Assembly (NCBI GenBank): GCA_002633005.1
Contig: NMRA01000081.1
Location: 499,625-563,624 of the forward strand
From: Phoronis australis
Taxonomy: Eukaryota; Animalia; Phoronida
Direction: 5' to 3'
DNA length: 64,000 bases
Position numbers and translations under genes: made by a program. The notes beneath the pieces are model-generated. The model ran no database searches, had not been told where the DNA came from, and was given only the letters and a program-made list of their open reading frames with translations. Shown one piece after another: positions 56,123 through 64,000 of this stretch (position 1 is its first letter; each line of letters starts with the position of its first letter).

Positions 56123-59100
56123 TTAACATTTAGTCTCGTCATTCTTCACAGCTGGCACAGCAGGCAATTTTCGACTGGGATAGTGAAACTTTGAACCAGT
56201 GCTTCTTTTATCTGGAGAAAAGTCAGATGGCAGGGGTGTTCTCACATCTAGATAGTCACTAGCAACCCCATTGCTATCTTTCTCTGATTGCGAGCTATTT
56301 GACTTTTTCAAAGCTTCCCTCGATTTAGACTCAGATGTCGGAACTAAATAATCATCGGCGTCTATTTCAGGCTTTAGGTCATCGTTGAACTCTAACCTTT
56401 CTGACATGGGCTGCAGATAATCATCCTGAGGCAGCGGCATCTTGAGATCGGAGATGGCGTACGGTGCAACTTCATTGAGTTCAGCGTACATGTTCTCTGC
56501 AAACACAAAACATGTTATTCAAGAAAGACCAGTATCTGACCGCTTTTTCGGACGCTATCCTTTAAACTTGGTCTGAGTGAGATTCCACCATGATATGAAT
56601 TACAATGATTCTTACTTAACTTATTTGACATTTCAAACTTTGATCACGTGATTTTTAAGAAGCTCGGTGATGTTCAACCATAGAATTGCCAGCAATGACT
56701 CACCATTGAAGACTTCAGGTACTTTCTAACAGATAGGGTAACATTTCATCAATTTTGGACAAAAATAACAGCCGGAAATGCAGTTCTTCAGTTTTCAAGG
56801 GCTTCTAACATCATTGTGAAAGTCCACAAATTTTCAAACCTTTGCTCGACTGCAACTGTGGTCTAGAACTTGAACATGGAACATGGAACAGTATCTAGTT
56901 TGGTCCTGCATATGGGGCATTGAATGATAAAATAAATTTAACTTGTTGACCATATCGTGTCCTAAATTGGATAGGTTTTACTGTGTCTTGTTAGAAACAA
57001 GCGAGTGAGAAACAATATGGACTGTGACGATGGGCTATCACAAGTGAGTTGTACACGGATGCAGAATTATATAATTATCCTGATACGATACAAGGACCAG
57101 CCAACTCACTCACGTCCCTCCACTGATGGGGTGTCTACACAAAGCTGTAGTCTTGTGAGTACACACTGCTCTAATACCTTCACCATTATCTGTTCCTACA
57201 ACATCTTGTGAGTACACACTGCTCTAATACCTTCACCATTATCTGTTCCTACAACCTGCTGATTTTCAGCATTTTGTATTCACGTTTTAATTTTTATTGT
57301 CTTGCAAATGTTTCTTCTACTGGAATCTATGATGAAATGAACAGCAAATAAAAATGCAGACTAAATGCTCAAGGCTGAAAGCCAAGCAGGTATTCTGTGA
57401 CATGGGACATTTCTCAGTGTAGATATTATTCTTTGATCGAGGGTGCATGAAATGTGAACAAAACACAGCTGCAGGTGCGTTCAATCAAGATAACTGCTTG
57501 AATTTGTGCAAATAGCAGACGTCATTCCATTAAACAGCAGACGACAAAGGCCTGCCAGTGAATGTGCAAAAGAAACTGCGCATAGTTAGTGCTTCAACAC
57601 AAGAATGTGAAGTCCAGATGTGGTGGGTACATTTAAAGAATGGTTTCACATTCAGCGACATAAAGAAGTGACAGAAAACAAGGGTGTACAAAGGTTAACA
57701 TACTTGACTGTGTCGCTTAGATTGGGATCAGACTTGAAGAGCAACGTGAACTGAGCTAGTGACATACATAGAACATGGACTGAGCTGGCAATACACAGTT
57801 GAGCAATGCAACAAAGAACATACAAAACACTGAATGATTCAAAAAGACAGGTTCCACTAAACTGCCCACACTCGATCATGCATGAAAAACTTACAATATA
57901 ACCTCCAGTTGCAGGCTTGAGATAACAATTTAGACTCTTTCGCATATTTGACTATTTTTCTGACTACAGACTGCCCTTGACCATCAGTACACATGTGTTT
58001 TGAGATTTAAATTAGACCCCAAAAATTAGTAATTAAACGAAACGTAATTCAAAGATGGCACTTGCAACAGCTTAATATGTGGTTCCATAGACCTTTAACC
58101 CCGGCATGTCTGACTACCCTATCAATTAGGAAACTCGTTTGCCCATGGACAGTTTTGTGGAAGCCAGGGTGTGAAGATAAGAGAAAAGTATGTACCACTG
58201 TTGTGCAGTAGCGAGGTGGTCTCCATGCGAGCCTCACCTTCAGCCGACGGCATGTGTGCATGCAATAACTGTACGTTGCGCAGGTTGTCACCGATGTAAG
58301 CTGGGTTAGACACGGGGTGCACGATAAAGTCATTATGAGGCGCCAGCTTGTGACTGCAACAGAGACAGGACATGTCGATAAATAAACAAAACATAAGTCA
58401 AGTACGCACCTTTGAATCTTCTCATTTCTAGCAAAGAGCATGACAGTCAAATTTGCAAATATGCTCAGAAATCTCCTCGGATGGCAGTCTATTGTACCAT
58501 TCTCATTTAAAAACTTACGGTCAATTTTTGACTACTTGTTTCCATGACAACTTTCCCAATGTCATAAAAGAATCTTTGCCTTCACGATTTGGCACAGAAA
58601 GCTTTCCATAAGCAGTAAAGCTGTGCCAATACAATCTATACACAGCCATTTTTGTTGGAGCATGCTGGGACAACTAGGTTACAGTGTTCTGGACATTACA
58701 ATGTATTATGTTATCAGGTCTTCAGCTTTTTAATTGGATACATGAACTGATGATCACAACTCTGTAATGCCTCGTGAAAATTACCGTTATACCGTATACA
58801 CAGCAGTGTACTTGAGCGACAAAAACACTAAATACGTAGAAGTCTGTCAGGTCATGAAAAGGATACAGCACGACAACAAATCATTCCTAAAATCCTTACT
58901 AATGTGCCAGAAAGATTACACAACCAAAGGCCTGAAATGCAGTTGCACACTTTAAAATGGACAAAACATCCACGACGCTCCATTCCATATTATGTGGATA
59001 GTACTATACTCTGAAGACATGAACATACTTTTGGAATGTTTCAACACGGTTTACCTACTTCAATATTTTTAATTATAATATTTCTATAATACAACATGTC

Positions 59101-62100
59101 TTAAATAAAATGACAATTTCAGGGATTTCATAAGCCAAAAGGGATTTTTTAATAAATGAAACAATGGACACAAATAACTGAATTAAAGAAAAATGTAAAA
59201 ATCTGCAAATAAATCTGTTTCCTGAAAGTGGGCAAACTGTTGCACACCTTTGCCAGGAACAAAACTACAAATGCTGGACACGCCATCACTGTTCAACTAT
59301 CCCAAGAGCAGGTCCAGTAACTGAGGCTTGTCTCAACTTACGCTTTATCCTTGCGGCGTTTTTTACACATCAACACCGTTATAATAACTGCGATGAGTAT
59401 CAGGAATGACACAATGCAGAATGCTATGATGAGAAAAAGTGATCCGCTGCCTTTTGCTGTTTGGTCTGCTGAAACTAAAGAAAAATTCAAGAGCTTAATA
59501 AAACCTTGAGGGTAAGAAAAACTCAATTTCCAGCCACAATAAATCGAGTTTGCGATGCAACAGGTGAATTTCAAATACATTTTCACGTACTACCACAGCT
59601 AGAAACACATTTTGCGCAATACCATTGAGTTGGTGATCATGTGACTGAGTGACTCTTCATCGTCCTAACTTTCACAGATTTGAAAATGTTCAAACGAGAC
59701 TTGCAATCAGTTTAATAATCATGTCAGCTGCACTGAGGTGTGTGAAATGTTCTTCCAGATATTTTACTCTGAGGAATACCTGCCAAAATATGAAGACTAA
59801 CGTCTGACCTAATATTAGTCCTTAATATTTTTGACAGCCAATTTATCAGGCTAAAAAATAACAATCACTTCTTAGATTTGCACCTAATGGAAATGAATGA
59901 GAAAAGTTAACAAATGCAAGTTTTGTGTGAAATTGAGAAAGTAAAATTATTATTTGACTACCAAAAACATTGGCATTATTTTCGTTGCATAATCAGCATC
60001 TGCATTTGCCATGAATTTTCCCAAAAATTAGTATCATGGGTATAAAATTACTATTTAGAGGAGCAATCCTTGGCAAGGAAGAAAACCAGTAATAGTAACC
60101 ATAAAAGAAATGACACGAAACAAAAACAGACTTGAAATCCCAGTATGTCAAATGAACACAACAGAACACATCGTGGATAAAAATTCTGCATCTACACCCT
60201 TTTGAATCAGACCACAAAAGCATTGCAAATTTTAAAATACCACACCCACTTGGTGCATGGCACAATTATGAGATGTATGAAGATATTTCAGACATTGACA
60301 CAGAGGGCAAAAGCAGTTAAAATCCCAAATAGCGTAATTCACTGCTTGCTGATTTTGCACCAACCTCTGTATTGAACTTCCATGACAGTTTGGTGTCTGC
60401 ATCGGAATCATTATGAAACATAGAAACAGATAACTTAATGAAAGGATACCAAAACCCAGAGTTAGCATGTGAACAGATAATAACAACGTTTCCATCCAGC
60501 TCTCTGTAACAAAATTATGCTAATCCTCATTGACCCTCACACAATTGGAGAACATGTTCAAAAGCTCCTTACAAAGTTTGTTAATCCACCACTTGTGACT
60601 AATGGTTAGGTGAGTAACAGGACAACTGTAGGAAAAGACCACCCACTGAGACCCACCATGTGTCCATGTTGTGACTCAACCAGTGAATGCTTTTAGTTAG
60701 CAAGATGACAAAGGAATCTTAACAGAGAACAGAAAAACAATTGGCTGAAAGCACCAAAACAGGGTTTAATATGGCTATCAAAGTTCGACTGAAATAGTTG
60801 TAGAAAATCCTGTACAAATGTAATGTTGCAAACAGGCAACACAATGAATTAAAATAATTCTTCCATGTCAAGTTCAAAACCTCAAAGTGGATAGAGGAAG
60901 TTTGTCATAATTCATTAGCAAAGGCCTTTCAAGATGTTAGCTGGTTAGGGTCAATGATGCTAAAAGAGCAATGCATTTCGAGACCTGTGCTCACTGGACT
61001 AAAAAACATCTGTACGCATCAATTTCAGCCAAGATCCTGTTTTTTTGAAAAATTGCACAATTTAAGGCAAATAAACAAAGTTCAAGCAAGGTTTGAAATG
61101 CCATGATTTGTCAAACAATGACTGCAAAATCTGGCATTATTTGTGCTCGTCTCGGGTGGATTGTCGTTTTCAGAAAGTGAAGAACTCAAAAAAATATTAC
61201 ACCACTGACTCAATTTTCTAAAAAAACAGAGACTAGAACCAATTATTTTAGGACTTGCCAGTAGGTGGCACTGAGAAGCAGATGGATCTGACAGTCACCT
61301 GCCATACAAAACATATGCCATACTTTACAAGGATACCTCAGTCAAGGAAATGGACAGACAGACAAAAGACACAGGTGTGCACCCCACAAAATATGTGGTT
61401 GTGTAAAATTAAATAACTTCTTCAATCCATATTTGATAAACACTAGGGTAGGTACAAGGTAGATAAGCAACATTTCCAAGGGAAATTCAAAACACATGAT
61501 TGCAGGCATCAAATTTTCTTCTAATTAGGCATAATAATTATAATTACAAAGAGGTAGTATATCAAACCTTTTTCAAAAACAAACTGTTGCTTGGTGGCGA
61601 TGTAACTGCCAAGCTGTCCCGCCACAAGGCTGTTCACGAGTGGACCTTTAATACTATCCATGTTGTAGACATGACCATCCTCACTGTATGTTGTAACATT
61701 CAAACGAAATTTAACAATAACGCTGCCTCGCCTGGAAAGCAAAAAGAACACAAAATGCAGCGACAATCACAGTAATTTGCCTTTTTCTCTTATGAGCGTA
61801 GAAACAACATGGAATGTGACATTTGCAATAATTTTATACCTGAATTTACTTTCCATAGTTACTTGCACATTTTTTACACACATGTTGTTAATCATTGAAA
61901 AAGTCAGCATGATACATATAGTTAAATCAGTTATTCATTCCCACGAGACCTGTCTACGTACGATATTTTTAATATTTCCACCTCTATTCTTGAGCGAGAG
62001 TTCAACACATCAGCATACAAGTTGTGTATGTCTTTTTTGAAATCGGACTTGAATCCCTCCAACTGCGGTAGTAGTGTGTCATAGTCGATCAATAGTTTCA

Positions 62101-64000
62101 CTTCCACCATAAATGTCACCGACTCTGAAATGGAACGTCTACAGTGCTAAAAGTTAGCCATCCTGTATACAAGACCAGTGCAGAGAAACGTTGTGCGTGC
62201 ACTACATCCTCATAACGTTGCAATAGAGGCAGGACTTTTTAGGCTACAACTTGATAGGATGCAACAGCTCAAGCTGGACAAAACCTTTCAGTAAAACGTG
62301 ACCTATTTAGGACACAATATGGCGGACAAGTGAAATTTTAGTGACGTCTCATTGGGTAATACAAGATACCAAGCAACATATTTTATGCTTTTCCGCATTC
62401 GGGTTCTACAGCTGAACCTGACAAATTATTTCAAAAAATTGTGAGTATTCACAACAATGTCAGATGCCCTTGAAAATGAAAAAGGCATTTTGGCAACTAC
62501 TTTTGTCTGAAATTGGCGAGATTTTACCAAAGTTTTCTCAAGCAACAATAAAAATGTGTGATACAGCTGTGAAATTCATAGGACCTGGCTTTGAGATTCT
62601 GAATGTCTCCTGGACTTACACCAATAGAAGCTGGCACCTTTAGAAACATACGGCAAAACAAACTTACTTCTGATATACTGATGTTTGCAGTATTCACCAT
62701 AATATTCTATGGTACATCTGCAGTAGAACCCTCCGGTGACCGTAATGAGACAACTTCCTCCATGAAGGCACATCACCGTTGCACAGCTGTCAGTCACTGA
62801 AAACACCGTATAAACCAATTTTGTACATTAAAAGTAACAACAAATAAAATCAGTTCAGTTAATAATTATAATAAAAATATAATCAGAAGTCCTGCTTGTT
62901 TAAAATATATTTAATTAAATGCTAAGAGGACCTTGAATTTGATGAGTACAAGAAGAAATAAGAGAAAGCATTGGTTGCTACTGAATCAAAGATTTGCCCA
63001 ATTAAACAAAACCATGTAATGCAACTTAATTTAACAACAGAGAGCAATTAAAGCCAAGCTGTGTTCTGCCAACTCAAGAATCTCGCGACCAAACAAAACC
63101 ACGCAAATGAATGGTGAGAATATGCTCGAGCTTATTAATAGGCGCGATGTAACAAAACGGAAACTGCTGAAGAGGTAGGTTGGTGACGTTGGAATGTTAC
63201 GTGAGATGTAGTATTTACCATGTATAGACAAATCTAAACACTATCAAACAGGAGTACAAATTAAAGCAATTAGAATTTTCTTGCGGTTGGATGACATTAC
63301 GGGATTGTCATCAAAATAACTACTGCTCAACTCCCTTGTGAACACAAATCTTAGTCTTGACTTTCATTTCTGTCAGACGAAAAAGAAAACAAAGCAAATA
63401 AATTTGATCAAAAAATTATGGCTGATGATTTAGTTACTATTCTGGCACCAAATTGTTCCAGTGTTGGCTAATGGTTTCTATGACACATTCAAACAAAGAA
63501 AAACTGGTATAGCTAGACCTTACCTGAACCTGTGACAGGTGAGACTGTTGCCATCTCCGTACTAACAGCTGATGACATCACACTGGTCCGAGATGGAGTG
63601 TCGGTGACAATGGTCGACAGTTGACAGTGTCTACCTGTGTAATTAGCTGTACACATACACCTGTACATATTAGGGCCATCGAGGCTAACACACGTGGCAC
63701 CATTCAGACACTTGATGGGATCCACGTCACATGGAGACAAGACTTCGCAGTGTTTGCCCGCTTCATAATTGCCCTCTACCGGGGGACACTGGCAGTAGTA
63801 ACCCTGCCCGCTATCACTACTTGGCACACATGTACCCCCGTTGATGCAAGGCTCCATCTCACAGCCCGGGGTATAGCTAACTTCACAGAACTCTCCTCTC
63901 CATCCTGGCAAACACGTGCAACGAAAGCCGCCACCTCCAATCGAAATACAAGTTCCGTTGTTTTTACACGAGTCGTTTCTACAGTAATCAATCTGGATCT
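56123..64000 (-). CDS. EGF-repeat / SEA-domain single-pass membrane protein with Tyr-rich cytoplasmic tail (5' end outside window)
   Basis: Exons >64000-63524 (3 EGF repeats plus Ser/Thr linker), 62796-62668 (EGF), 62124-61962 and 61731-61568 (SEA-like, spliced ILKISRGSVIVKF), 59474-59342 (TM LFLIIAFCIVSFLILIAVIITVLMC then KKRRK), 58353-58238 or 58196 (NPAY), and 56496-56123 (tail, ends ETKC*). All phases are compatible. Confidence 0.88.
57151..57255. repeat. Perfect tandem duplication, 53-bp period
   Basis: tcttgtgagtacacactgctctaataccttcaccattatctgttcctacaac at 57151 and 57204. Confidence 0.9.

Overview
AT-rich, intron-containing animal genomic DNA. CK2 exon sizes match vertebrates, so a marine invertebrate deuterostome is my inference. 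The draft assembly has two long N gaps and one single-N join. Five protein-coding genes can be spliced by hand with GT-AG sites and consistent phases: MED21 (-), RPLP2 (+), CCDC113/CFAP263 (-), casein kinase 2 alpha (+), and the 3' part of an unnamed EGF-repeat/SEA-domain type I membrane protein (-). The first four form two tight head-to-head pairs. RPLP2 intron 2 hosts a box C/D snoRNA of the SNORD32/SNORD51/snR39 type. The introns are full of non-autonomous DNA transposons and fold-back elements. The most striking observations are: (1) a train of TAG...CTA-ended elements with 9-bp target duplications stacked at one site in MED21 intron 1; (2) a kinase-less EGF/SEA receptor with an ErbB-like phosphotyrosine tail; (3) a CCDC113-CK2alpha divergent pair that mirrors human 16q21; (4) an inverted pair of hAT-like elements with 5- versus 6-bp TSDs bracketing seven CK2 exons; (5) a Penelope-type minimal hammerhead-like motif. 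No CRISPR array, rRNA, intact tRNA or intact transposase was seen. All analysis was by eye, with no database searches.
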